Position numbers and translations under genes: made by a program. The notes under the pieces were generated by a model, which saw nothing but the letters and a program-made list of their open reading frames with translations, searched no databases and was not told the DNA's origin. A DNA stretch of 64,000 nucleotides from Escherichia coli. GTDB taxonomy: Bacteria > Pseudomonadota > Gammaproteobacteria > Enterobacterales > Enterobacteriaceae. Positions 30,745-41,862 of this stretch are shown here, one piece after another (the first letter of the stretch is position 1; each line of letters begins with the position of its first letter). The stretch is taken from assembly GCF_044324785.1 (NCBI RefSeq), contig NZ_CP172127.1, one strand, 5' to 3'.

Positions 30745-31305
30745 ATGAATGCTATCCCTTATTTCGACTATAGCCTGGCCCCCTTCTGGCCATCTTATCA
30801 GAACAAAGTCATCGGCGTCCTTGAGCGTGCGCTGCGTGAGCAGTCCGGCTCACGGATACGGCGGATCCTGCTTCGTCTGCCGTGTGAATATGACAATACC
30901 TTCAACAGCAGAACGACCTGGTTTGGTATGGATTTTATCGAAACCGTCAGTGCGCTGATGAATGCAACACCCGGACGTGACCTTTGCTGGCTCCTGACCC
31001 GTCATCCTGAAAAACCGGAATACCATGTGGTGCTGTGCGTCAGACAGGAGTATTTCGACGGCCCCGAACTGGATCGGTTGATTCTGGATGCCTGGAGTAA
31101 CGTGCTGGGTTTCGCGTCACCAGGTGAAGCAAAGCCGTACCAGAAGCAGATCACCCGGGATGTGGTACTGGATCGCCGGTCACCGGACTGCGAAGCCCTG
31201 TTTAAGGACCTTATCTGGGCGTTCAGTGATTTCGCCCGCGATCGCCGTGGAGTGCGCGATCCGGAAGCCCGTTGCCTCGCCGGTAATCCCGGTTGGCAGT
31301 GCTGA
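30745..31305 (+). CDS. Gp2/YagK-like family paralog
   Basis: Track ORF 30715-31305; PEYHVVLCVRQEYFDGPEL aligns to the H-x-H region of the 25669 paralog; start Met uncertain. Confidence 0.45.
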   Translation: MNAIPYFDYSLAPFWPSYQNKVIGVLERALREQSGSRIRRILLRLPCEYDNTFNSRTTWFGMDFIETVSALMNATPGRDLCWLLTRHPEKPEYHVVLCVRQEYFDGPELDRLILDAWSNVLGFASPGEAKPYQKQITRDVVLDRRSPDCEALFKDLIWAFSDFARDRRGVRDPEARCLAGNPGWQC

Positions 31306-31373
31306 AAGCAGCATTCCATCCCATACCTCGTATTACCCCATTCTTCATCAATCTCACAGAGGATATTCTGACC

Positions 31374-31607
31374 ATGTTGACCACAATAAGCCACGACAGC
31401 GTGTTGCTGCGTGCCGACGATCCCCTGATCGACATGAACTACATCACCAGTTTCACCGGCATGACCGATAAATGGTTTTACAGGCTGATCAGTGAAGGTC
31501 ATTTCCCTAAACCCATCAAACTGGGGCGCAGCAGCCGCTGGTACAAAAGTGAAGTGGAGCAGTGGATGCAGCAGCGAATTGAGGAATCACGAGGAGCAGC
31601 AGCATGA
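31374..31607 (+). CDS. alpA: AlpA-family transcriptional regulator / excisionase-like HTH protein
   Basis: Internal start of track ORF 31293-31607; MTDKWFYRLISEGHFPKPIKLGRSSRWYKSEVEQWMQQR matches the AlpA pattern. Confidence 0.7.
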   Translation: MLTTISHDSVLLRADDPLIDMNYITSFTGMTDKWFYRLISEGHFPKPIKLGRSSRWYKSEVEQWMQQRIEESRGAAA

Positions 31608-31696
31608 AACGTGTTGTAATGCCAGTACGCTGGCAATGTGCGAAATGCCGGCGCTGGTATTGTGGAAATCAGCCCTGTCCCTGGTGCTGGCGCTGA
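31604..31696 (+). CDS. Unannotated 30-aa Cys-rich putative zinc-ribbon peptide
   Basis: MKRVVMPVRWQCAKCRRWYCGNQPCPWCWR; ATG overlaps the alpA stop (ATGA); below the 60-aa ORF-track cutoff. Confidence 0.35.
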   Translation: MKRVVMPVRWQCAKCRRWYCGNQPCPWCWR

Positions 31697-31836
31697 CAAC
31701 TCCCGCTCATCTTTCTGCTGGCACCCTCTGGCCAGCCAACTGTTTGTCATCATTTCCTGACTGATTCGTCATTCCCTTCGTCCCGCCAGTCACTGGTGTT
31801 TGTATCGTACCGTGCCGGTGTCGATGTGCGCTTTCC

Positions 31837-32433
31837 GTGTGTCTGGTCTGCACCGGCTTAACAAAATTCAACGGGGATAAAATAGTGCAAATAACCGAAG
31901 CCTTACTTTCAGCGCCGGGGGAAATCCGGCGTTTTGTTCAGCAGGCGGTGGACCACTGGCCAAATCTGTTGGCATTTCACTTCACGCTCCATTCGGCAGA
32001 AGGAAACATCAACGGACAACAGATTCATGCATTCTGTACTTCCTTTTACCGACAGGTGCACGAGCGTATTACTGAACGTAATCACACGGCCAGTCCAGCA
32101 CCACCGGTGGTATTACGCTGGTTGCGGGAACAACATGGAGGAGCAACAATGCGATGCCTGTTGCTGCTCAGCCAGACGAGCATTTGCCATCCACGGGTCA
32201 GTGCCACGGTTGATGAAGAATGTTCGCAACGGGTGGATTTATTGCAACAGACATGGCGGGTGATAAGTGCTGACGGACAATGCCGGGTGGAAAGGTGTTT
32301 TCAGGCTGCCCGGGGTGATACATCCGGCCAGTATATTGCGTTAAAAACAGTTGCATTGTCTCTGGGGTTACCGGTTGTGACCGGTATTACCCATCGCCCG
32401 GTACAGCGCTGTACATTGATTACAGCTCAGTGA
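31837..32433 (+). CDS. Hypothetical protein, possibly a further divergent Gp2/YagK-like paralog
   Basis: 198-aa ORF; LLAFHFTLHS and MRCLLLLSQ segments loosely align with other paralogs; start may be GTG at 31885. Confidence 0.35.
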   Translation: MCLVCTGLTKFNGDKIVQITEALLSAPGEIRRFVQQAVDHWPNLLAFHFTLHSAEGNINGQQIHAFCTSFYRQVHERITERNHTASPAPPVVLRWLREQHGGATMRCLLLLSQTSICHPRVSATVDEECSQRVDLLQQTWRVISADGQCRVERCFQAARGDTSGQYIALKTVALSLGLPVVTGITHRPVQRCTLITAQ

Positions 32434-32450
32434 ACAGCGCTGTTGTGCAG

Positions 32451-32753
32451 TCAACGAGGTTTTCTGTCTTTTCGTCGGTCATTCAGCATCATTAAACGGG
32501 TCTCTGCCTCTTTCTGTTCCTGTGGTGTCACTTCCCCGCACGGCTGACCGTTCAGGTTGTAACGGGCGCCACCTGCTATTAACGCACGGTAATAGCGCGG
32601 AGACTGCACATAAGACGCCACTGCTGCATGTAATGTACCAGCGCCAAACGCCAGTTCTCGGATGGCGATATCCTGTATCAGGTCGTCAGGTATCCCCACT
32701 TTAAGTGGTTTTGTTTTTTTCCCGGTTGAATGACTCAGGCCAGAGTTCCACAA
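32451..32753 (-). CDS. Hypothetical protein
   Basis: 100-aa ORF; no family recognised; may be one frame-disrupted gene with 32768-32962. Confidence 0.3.
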   Translation of the reverse strand: MWNSGLSHSTGKKTKPLKVGIPDDLIQDIAIRELAFGAGTLHAAVASYVQSPRYYRALIAGGARYNLNGQPCGEVTPQEQKEAETRLMMLNDRRKDRKPR

Positions 32754-32767
32754 GACGAATAATGCGC

Positions 32768-32962
32768 TTACGGTTTTTGCTCTGGCGTTTTGTCATGTCG
32801 CCACGGTGTTTTATCAGCAGGTTTCTGTTTATCGTTCAACTGTGGTATCTGGTCACCGGCCTTCATTTTGTATGCTGTGTCCGTTTTATTCTGCAGCGGC
32901 GTTGCCGGTGATTTACTGAAAATACCCTGCGGTTTACGGTTAATGGTCAGAGTTACCATCAA
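32768..32962 (-). CDS. Hypothetical small protein
   Basis: 64-aa ORF directly upstream of 32451-32753 on the same strand. Confidence 0.25.
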   Translation of the reverse strand: MMVTLTINRKPQGIFSKSPATPLQNKTDTAYKMKAGDQIPQLNDKQKPADKTPWRHDKTPEQKP

Positions 32963-33554
32963 TTTTGTTACCTCGCGCTGTCAATGGAAGTAGTACCTCA
33001 TCCGATATCTGAAAATGTTTTCCGGTGGATGTTACAGCGAATTTCATGTAAGACATGTTGTTGTCGGTATTGTTCAGTACTGTGCGTTGTGAGCGTATTC
33101 GTTATCAGACAGAGGGGCAGGGAACAAACGTCAGAGGTTAAGGATATCCGGGAACAAATGGCGTAAACGGACATCTCAGTGCCTGAGAAACAGTACAGGT
33201 CAGGCCATCATGGCCTGCAAACAGAGCCCTGGCGACCCCGTGGCCGAAAACGAAACAATAACCCGCGCGCAGTGCGAGGAATCCGGATGTGAAGCAATCA
33301 GCAGGTAATATTAATGGCAGGACCAGCAGGTTCTTTAAACAAACGAACATGCTGTAATTGATATTTTGCTTATTGTATTTTCTTTTTAGTTATTAAATTA
33401 ATTTATTTACGAAAAATTTTCTGCAGATACAGGATGGGAATTCAGGGTGTCATCACGCCTTATGATGACACCCTTCCCCTGGTTGTGGAAAACCGAAGGA
33501 TATATCAGGTTCAGCAACAAAATCAGTGAGCTGAAAGATACCAGTCCCCCAGCT

Positions 33555-34574
33555 TCAGCAGCTTTCACGTAAACATAAACAGGGCTCAATGAATATCTGA
33601 TTGCTCCAGTTACCTTCTTTAATTCGTTCCAGCAAAACATTTCCTGCTTCCAGACCAATTTTCCTGTGAGGAACGGCCATTGTTGTTAATGATGGTTGGC
33701 AAACTTTGCTGACGTCACTGTCACCAAATCCTACTACGGCGAGCTCGTCTGGAACTTTGATCCGTCTTCGTTGACATTCATAGAGAACACCGCAGGCTAA
33801 CTCATCTGACACACATACCAGGGCATCCAGTTCCGGCCATGCGAGCAAAAATTCCGGTAGTTGTGATGCTCCGGTGGAAAAAACAGGTGGCAGAGCAGCG
33901 TTAATAACACGGTTGGGAGACATATGATGGCGTAACATAGCTTTATACCATCCCTGTAAATGCTGCTGAAAGATCCACTGTTCCTGGTTAGCGCATAGCA
34001 AACCGATATTCTGATAACCACGTTGTACCAGCATATCCGTCAGCTCGAACATTGCTGCAACATTATCAATACCAATGTTGATATCTATCGGATCAGTACG
34101 AATGGCACCGATTTCTATAACAGGAATCGAGGCATTTTTGAGCAAGTGACGCACGGTACTATTATGCTCAACACTAAGCAAAATTGCTGCAGCGATATTA
34201 GAAGCCAGCAGGGTTTCCAGCAGTTTTTCTTCTTGTTCCAGACGATGGCGTGACTCAGCCAGGATTATTTGATACCCCGCTGGTTGTAGCACATGTTGCA
34301 GCCCGGCAAACATTTCCGTGCATCCCGCTTCAGCCAGGTTTGGCACGACCATTGCGATCGTGTGTGAAGATGCCGATGCCAGTGCGCTTGCAGTGAGGTT
34401 GGGCATATACCCTAATTCATTAACTGCGGCTTCAATCTTCTCCCTCAATTTATCTGAAACTTGTTCGGGAGTGCGTAACGCTCTGGATACAGTCATTGTG
34501 CCAACTCCCGCGAGTTGCGCGACATCAGCAATAGTGACTTTACCTGTACTACGACGTTTTCGGGTTATTGCCAT
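33555..34574 (-). CDS. LacI/GalR-family transcriptional regulator
   Basis: N-terminal HTH VTIADVAQLAGVGTMTVSRALR followed by a periplasmic-binding-like sugar domain. Confidence 0.8.
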   Translation of the reverse strand: MAITRKRRSTGKVTIADVAQLAGVGTMTVSRALRTPEQVSDKLREKIEAAVNELGYMPNLTASALASASSHTIAMVVPNLAEAGCTEMFAGLQHVLQPAGYQIILAESRHRLEQEEKLLETLLASNIAAAILLSVEHNSTVRHLLKNASIPVIEIGAIRTDPIDINIGIDNVAAMFELTDMLVQRGYQNIGLLCANQEQWIFQQHLQGWYKAMLRHHMSPNRVINAALPPVFSTGASQLPEFLLAWPELDALVCVSDELACGVLYECQRRRIKVPDELAVVGFGDSDVSKVCQPSLTTMAVPHRKIGLEAGNVLLERIKEGNWSNQIFIEPCLCLRESC

Positions 34575-34706
34575 ACAAAATCCTGCTCAGCGACTACATA
34601 TGGAGATCTTTTATTACTTATCATCAACGGCTTCCTGCACTGCCAGTAGCAGAGTATACCTCTTAATATCTGCCATAAGTCTGGATTTAATCAGTGAAAT
34701 CTATTT

Positions 34707-34754
34707 TGATAGCGCTATCACAAATTCGAACAATACCTCCTGATAGCGCTATCT
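34707..34754. promoter_or_regulatory. Two LacI-type palindromic operator candidates in the divergent intergenic region
   Basis: Perfect palindrome TGATAGCGCTATCA at 34707-34720; near-copy TGATAGCGCTATCT at 34741-34754. Confidence 0.5.
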
Positions 34755-34825
34755 TTGTGATATTGATCGCAGATATACCGTCGTTACTTGAATACATTCT
34801 GGTCATATAAATAAGAAATTAGGGG

Positions 34826-35275
34826 GTGGGAGTGCTTAATATCTGGCTTTCTGATTCAACAATCGCATTACGAAAGAATGCCGCAACCTGGCAGCAGGCA
34901 TTAGATATCTGTGCCAGACCGTTACTGGATGCAGAGATAATTACGACGGATTATCTCAGTGCGATAAAGACACAACATGAAAAACTGGGGCCTTATTATG
35001 TCCTGGCACCCGGGCTGGCCATGCCGCATGCCCGACCAGAAGAAGGGGCAAAAGGATTAGGTTTATCATTATTAAAACTTGAAGAAGGTGTCAGTTTTCA
35101 TACAGAGGAATTTGATCCTGTAGATGTTATCATTTTACTTGCCGCACCAGACAAACACAGTCATATCGAAATGATATCTGCACTGGCTGAGTTATTCTCC
35201 AGCGAAAAAGATTTACATGAATTGCATCAGGCTCGCAATGTGGAGGAAATAAAAAAGATAATTTCACGGTTCTGA
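34826..35275 (+). CDS. PTS EIIA component (ascorbate/mannitol-type EIIA-2)
   Basis: 149-aa ORF; LAMPHARPE active-site region. Confidence 0.75.
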   Translation: MGVLNIWLSDSTIALRKNAATWQQALDICARPLLDAEIITTDYLSAIKTQHEKLGPYYVLAPGLAMPHARPEEGAKGLGLSLLKLEEGVSFHTEEFDPVDVIILLAAPDKHSHIEMISALAELFSSEKDLHELHQARNVEEIKKIISRF

Positions 35276-35353
35276 TTACATTATAAATTCAGTCTTTTCA
35301 CAACATTGCGCCGTTGCGTGATGGGACTTCTTCAACTTAAAATGGTGAATATA

Positions 35354-35626
35354 ATGAAAATTATGGCTATTTGTGGCTCAGGGCTTGGTAGTAGTTTTAT
35401 GGTCGAAATGAATATTAAAAAAGTTCTGAAAAAAATGGATATAGAGGCGGAAGTGGAACATTCCGATCTCTCATCAGCAACGCCAGGGGCTGCCGATTTA
35501 TTTGTGATGGCCAAAGATATTGCTGCCAGTGCCAGCGTACCGGAAAGTCAGTTGGTGGTTATCAACAACATCATTGATATTAATGAACTCGAAACGCAAC
35601 TGCGTAACTGGTTAGCAAAACAATAA
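35354..35626 (+). CDS. PTS EIIB component (UlaB/SgaB-like)
   Basis: MKIMAICGSGLGSSFM catalytic Cys motif; internal start of track ORF 35306-35626. Confidence 0.75.
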   Translation: MKIMAICGSGLGSSFMVEMNIKKVLKKMDIEAEVEHSDLSSATPGAADLFVMAKDIAASASVPESQLVVINNIIDINELETQLRNWLAKQ

Positions 35627-35642
35627 CCTTAATTGAAGCGAG

Positions 35643-37037
35643 GTGGATATGTTTATCCTTGAAACGCTGAATTTTGTTGTTGATATACTTAAAGTGCCCG
35701 CGATACTGGTCGGCTTGATTGCCTTAATTGGTCTGGTTGCCCAGAAAAAATCTTTTTCAGATGTTGTTAAAGGTACAATTAAAACTATTCTCGGCTTTAT
35801 TGTACTGGGCGGTGGTGCCACTGTTTTGGTTGGTTCGTTAAATCCTCTTGGGAGTATGTTTGAACATGCCTTTAATATTCAGGGCATCATTCCGAATAAT
35901 GAGGCTATTGTTTCTATTGCGCTGGAAAAATATGGCGCATCGACGGCCCTTATTATGGCATTTGGTATGGTGGCGAATATTATTGTTGCCCGCTTTACCC
36001 GCCTTAAATATATCTTCCTGACCGGACACCACACATTTTACATGGCCTGCATGATTGGTGTGATTCTGACAGTGGCTGGTTTTGAAGGTATATCACTGGT
36101 CTTTACCGGTTCTCTTATTCTGGGACTTGTGATGGCATTTTTCCCGGCATTAGCACAACGCTATATGAAGCGTATTACGGGGAATGATGACATTGCTTTT
36201 GGTCACTTTGGCACTCTGGGATATGTACTTTCTGGCTGGATTGGCAGCGTGTGCGGTAAAGGTTCCCGCTCCACCGAAGAGATGAATTTGCCCAAAAATC
36301 TGAGCTTCCTGCGCGACAGTTCCATCTCTATTTCTCTTACGATGATGGTGATTTATCTGATCATGGCGATCAGTGCTGGTCGTGAGTTCGTTGAAAGCCA
36401 GTTCAGTGGTGGTCAAAACTACCTTGTCTACGCCATCATAATGGCCATCACCTTCGCTGCTGGTGTATTTATTATTCTGCAAGGCGTGCGTTTAATCCTT
36501 GCTGAAATAGTTCCGGCATTTACCGGGTTTTCAGAAAAGCTGGTGCCGAATGCCCGTCCGGCCCTCGATTGCCCGGTTGTGTATCCGTATGCGCCAAACG
36601 CAGTGTTAGTTGGTTTCTTGTTTAGCTTTTTTGGCGGTCTGGTAGGGCTATTTTTGTTGGGACAGATGAAACTGGTGTTGATTCTTCCGGGTGTCGTTCC
36701 TCACTTTTTTACCGGGGCGGCTGCTGGCGTATTTGGTAACGCTACGGGGGGACGTCGTGGCGCAATGATTGGTGCTTTTGCGAATGGCTTATTGATTACC
36801 TTCCTGCCAGTACTGTTATTGCCGGTTCTTGGGGCGATAGGCTTTGCTAATACGACCTTTTCCGATGCAGATTTTGGTGCTGTCGGCATCGTCCTCGGAA
36901 ACCTGGCACGTTATCTCTCACCTTTTGCCATCACCGGACTTGTAGTAGCGCTATTTGTGCTGCTGGTTGCCTGGAACATTTTCGCCAGTAACAAAATCGC
37001 TGCCAAAGCGCAGAAGAAGAGTGGAGCCAAATCATGA
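35643..37037 (+). CDS. PTS EIIC permease (UlaA/SgaT family)
   Basis: 464-aa polytopic membrane protein immediately after EIIB. Confidence 0.8.
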   Translation: MDMFILETLNFVVDILKVPAILVGLIALIGLVAQKKSFSDVVKGTIKTILGFIVLGGGATVLVGSLNPLGSMFEHAFNIQGIIPNNEAIVSIALEKYGASTALIMAFGMVANIIVARFTRLKYIFLTGHHTFYMACMIGVILTVAGFEGISLVFTGSLILGLVMAFFPALAQRYMKRITGNDDIAFGHFGTLGYVLSGWIGSVCGKGSRSTEEMNLPKNLSFLRDSSISISLTMMVIYLIMAISAGREFVESQFSGGQNYLVYAIIMAITFAAGVFIILQGVRLILAEIVPAFTGFSEKLVPNARPALDCPVVYPYAPNAVLVGFLFSFFGGLVGLFLLGQMKLVLILPGVVPHFFTGAAAGVFGNATGGRRGAMIGAFANGLLITFLPVLLLPVLGAIGFANTTFSDADFGAVGIVLGNLARYLSPFAITGLVVALFVLLVAWNIFASNKIAAKAQKKSGAKS

Positions 37038-37864
37038 ATGTTAAAGAATTGACTCAATTTGCACGGGATATACGTATCCAGACGCTTAAATCATTAACTC
37101 ATCTCGGCTTCGGTCATTATGGTGGCAGCATGTCGGTTGTGGAAACGCTGGCAGTGCTTTATGGCGCTGTAATGAAAATTGATCCTGCTGCTCCCGACTG
37201 GCCTGAGCGTGACTATTTTATCCTGTCCAAAGGACATGCCGGACCTGCTCTCTACAGTACTCTGGCGCTGAAAGGCTACTTTCCACTGGAAGAATTAAGC
37301 ACCTTAAATCAGAACGGAACCCGCTTACCAAGTCATCCGGATCGGCTAAAAACGTGTGGTGTTGATAGCACCACAGGATCGCTGGGGCAGGGGATATCCA
37401 TTGCCGGAGGGATGGCGCTGTCGCATAAACTGGCGGGGCGCAAGAATCGGGTTTTTTGTATTGTCGGCGATGGCGAACTTAATGAAGGCCAATGTTGGGA
37501 AGCTTTCCAGTTTATCGCGCATCATCGTTTGAATAACCTCACTGTGTTTGTGGACTGGAACAAACAGCAGCTTGATGGTCAACTGGATGAAATTATTAAT
37601 CCATTTGATTTGGAAGGAAAATTCCGGGCTTTCGGTTTTGATGTCGTGACAGTGAAGGGCGATGATATTGAGGGCTTGTTGAATGTAGTTAAACCTGTCC
37701 TGCCAGCTGAGGCCAGACCGAGAGTGGTCATTCTCGATAGCATTAAAGGGCAGGGGGTGCCGTGTCTCGAGCAACTCAGTAATTCTCATCACTTACGCCT
37801 CACAGAAGAGATGAAGGGGACGCTAAACGAAACAATTCGCCAACTGGAGGCTATGCATGATTAA
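37034..37864 (+). CDS. Transketolase, N-terminal (TPP-binding) subunit
   Basis: GHAGPALY and CIVGDGELNEGQCWEA TPP-binding motifs; stop overlaps next gene. Confidence 0.85.
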   Translation: MNVKELTQFARDIRIQTLKSLTHLGFGHYGGSMSVVETLAVLYGAVMKIDPAAPDWPERDYFILSKGHAGPALYSTLALKGYFPLEELSTLNQNGTRLPSHPDRLKTCGVDSTTGSLGQGISIAGGMALSHKLAGRKNRVFCIVGDGELNEGQCWEAFQFIAHHRLNNLTVFVDWNKQQLDGQLDEIINPFDLEGKFRAFGFDVVTVKGDDIEGLLNVVKPVLPAEARPRVVILDSIKGQGVPCLEQLSNSHHLRLTEEMKGTLNETIRQLEAMHD

Positions 37865-38810
37865 TCTCGCACCGGCAGGACAAAAAGACAGCATTGAAAT
37901 GCGCAAAGTTTATGCAGATTTTATCGCGCAACAGAGTAAAAACGTCAGTTCTGTCATTGCTCTTGAGGCTGATTTAATGAGTTCCATGGCAATGGACAGC
38001 GTGGCGCAGGATTATCCAGATCACGTCATTAATTGCGGCATTATGGAAGCCAATGTTATCGGCACAGCTGCAGGGCTGGCCTTAACCGGGCGCAAGCCAT
38101 TCGTGCATACCTTTACCGCATTTGCCAGTCGTCGCTGTTTTGATCAACTCTTTATGTCGCTTGATTACCAGGGCGCTAACGTCAAAGTTATAGCTTCTGA
38201 TGCGGGTGTTGCTGCTTGCCACAATGGCGGAACACATATGTCATTTGAAGATATGGGAATTGTGCGCGGGCTGGCGCATTCGGTGGTGATGGAGATGACA
38301 GATGCCGTAATGTTCAGCGATATCTTGCGTCAACTCGTTGCACTGGAAGGATTTTATTGGATTCGTACCATTCGGAAGCAAGCAGCGAGTATTTACGCAC
38401 CAGGTACAACCTTTACAATTGGCAAAGGGCAGGTATTACGTGAAGGTACGGATGTCACCTTAATTGCTAATGGCATTATGGTGGTGGAAGCCCTGGAGGC
38501 CGCACGTCAACTTGAGCTGGCTGGGGTAAGTGTAGCGGTGATTGATATGTTTACGCTCAAACCCGTTGATCGGATGTTAATTAAAAATTATGCCGAAAAA
38601 ACAGGACGGATCGTAACATGTGAAAACCATAGTATTCATAATGGATTAGGTTCAGCGGTTGCTGAAGTGCTTGTAGAAACTTGTCCTGTGCCCATGCGTC
38701 GGGTGGGGGTTAAAGAGCGGTATGGCCAGGTTGGAGCTCAGGACTTTTTACAGAGAGAGTACGGGTTAACCGCGCAAGATATTGTGGCGGCAGCCAGAGA
38801 GCTATTGTAA
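37857..38810 (+). CDS. Transketolase, C-terminal subunit
   Basis: 317-aa ORF; transketolase pyrimidine-binding and C-terminal domains; 8-bp overlap with the N-terminal subunit gene. Confidence 0.85.
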   Translation: MINLAPAGQKDSIEMRKVYADFIAQQSKNVSSVIALEADLMSSMAMDSVAQDYPDHVINCGIMEANVIGTAAGLALTGRKPFVHTFTAFASRRCFDQLFMSLDYQGANVKVIASDAGVAACHNGGTHMSFEDMGIVRGLAHSVVMEMTDAVMFSDILRQLVALEGFYWIRTIRKQAASIYAPGTTFTIGKGQVLREGTDVTLIANGIMVVEALEAARQLELAGVSVAVIDMFTLKPVDRMLIKNYAEKTGRIVTCENHSIHNGLGSAVAEVLVETCPVPMRRVGVKERYGQVGAQDFLQREYGLTAQDIVAAARELL

Positions 38811-39080
38811 TTCATGGAGTTTGTTTACCATTCTGTTTTTCTTAAAAGTGAGTGTCTGTGCGGTCACTAAACTCGGTAATAAAGCAGTTCATTGCAGGAT
38901 AAGAAGCGTTTGGTTGTGTCGTTTTACCGTAAGAACCGACCGCCGTATGTAGCCATTAAGCCAGTATTGGTAACGTAGGTGCCCACCTTTTCAAACTGGT
39001 GGACGCCTGTTATGGAGCAAAAACATTATCCGCAGAACCCCGCAGATCATTTTCAAATGAGTTAAACTTCAAATGGTTAA

Positions 39081-39185
39081 ACTGGTTTTGCAACCAGGAG
39101 CCTCTGTTGCCCGTATTGCCCGGGAACACGATATCAATGATAACCTCCTGTTCAAATGGCTCAGACTCTGGCAGAACGTAAGGTA
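39081..39185 (+). pseudogene. IS66-family OrfA remnant
   Basis: LVLQPGASVARIAREHDINDNLLFKWLRLWQN matches the IS66 orfA at 58994-59419 (ASQPGACVAQIARENGVNDNVIFKWLRLWQNEG). Confidence 0.45.
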
Positions 39186-39272
39186 AAGGGAGATGAAAAA
39201 GGCAATAGCAGAACTGAGTGACAGTGAAACCATTCTGGCGTACAGGGTTGGATGGTGAAACTGATAAAAAAC

Positions 39273-39300
39273 CCCCTCTGAAATTCTGTCAGAGGGGCTA
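39273..39300 (-). terminator. Terminator-like GC hairpin with T-tract on the minus strand
   Basis: CCCCTCTGA..TCAGAGGGG stem; minus strand continues GTTTTTTATC. Confidence 0.35.
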
Positions 39301-40036
39301 GTCAATAAGGGAATAATATTCAACATGAAGATGTCTTCTGGGAATGTTTATATAGCAAATGCTTTCACTCCGGTAATTAATTTCCGTGATTAACTGCTTT
39401 CGATCAATAAAGGAATTGCAAAAGTGTGATCTTGTTCACGACATCGTGGATAATAATATGCCTGATGTCTGAATCCGGAAACAGTGCTCTGGCGGGTTTC
39501 ATGTGAAGTTGACGGATAAAAAATCCGCACGACCAGACAGACGTGCGGTTTACGAAATTCGTAACAAGAGGCTTTTCTACGGATCACGTGGTGCGTGCCA
39601 CGTGAAATTTTTGTAGCGCAAAATGTGTGATGTGTAAATACAAGGAAGGAAAAAAGTTAAATCGGTGGAAGTCCATACCTGCCACGTGTACGTCTGCATT
39701 CCTCGTTTTGAACAGAATTCTCACCAGACATCGTGAATTTCTCATTCAATCATCAGAGATATTAACCAGGATTTTTATTGTTTTGTGATATCAGCAGTGC
39801 AGGTATACAGACATTAAAGTAATCAGGTTTATTATAACCACCTTTACAAAGTTGTATGTGTTTATAATTTAAGGATTTTAATGCCAGTCGTTTTCTGCTG
39901 CTTAAATTGAGGTCGCATATTATACACAATAATATTCCTGGCATTATTAAATTAATAAAAGAGGATTCTTATCACTGTATTTTTGCTCCGCACTACCGTT
40001 CTGGCTGGTGAAGTAATAATACAGGAGAATAACAGA

Positions 40037-41233
<1,197 letters not shown>

Positions 41234-41294
41234 CAGGTCAGGATTTAGATATCTGTCCCGGGGGGAGTCCCCCGGGATATAATGAGGTACAGAG

Positions 41295-41750
41295 ATGCTG
41301 GATATAATCCTGGCGACGAGAGATATTTATTTTGAAAAAGCCCTGCGAGAGATATTTGGAACCGTAAGCAGTCGAATCAGATATATAGAAGATGCCATAT
41401 CAGACAGAAGAAGGGTGCAGTCAGGCAGGTCATTCAGATATTATTTTGTATTCTGTGATGATGAGTATACAGATATTGTTCGTATTCTTTTTACCGGAGA
41501 GGCCTGCTGTATTCTGAATAAGTCGATGCTGAATCTGAGAGCGGCCGGAGGTGTGTTGACGCTGGAAGAGCGCAGAGCGGTACTGAACCGGTATTACAGA
41601 GGTTTAAGTATTGCGGAGATTACAGAAGAGACGGGGCAGAATGACAAGACGGTATACGGTCATCTTCGTCGTGCACTGCAGCGGTCTGGATTCCGGAAGG
41701 GGCGTTTTATAAAGGGGAGAGAAGCGGCGGGGGATTCAGGTGTTGAATAA
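41295..41750 (+). CDS. Small LuxR-type HTH regulator, tentative
   Basis: C-terminal LTLEERRAVLNRYYRGLSIAEITEETGQNDKTVYGHLRRALQR; preceded by GC hairpin TCCCGGGGG..CCCCCGGGA. Confidence 0.4.
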   Translation: MLDIILATRDIYFEKALREIFGTVSSRIRYIEDAISDRRRVQSGRSFRYYFVFCDDEYTDIVRILFTGEACCILNKSMLNLRAAGGVLTLEERRAVLNRYYRGLSIAEITEETGQNDKTVYGHLRRALQRSGFRKGRFIKGREAAGDSGVE

Positions 41751-41862
41751 TGTATCTTATATTGTGATATCGGTGCTGCTGCTGTTATTTTTTGTTGTAT
41801 TTGTGACGAATGGTTAAGAATAAAACATGAGCTGGTGATTATCAGGACAGGTTGCTTGTATA

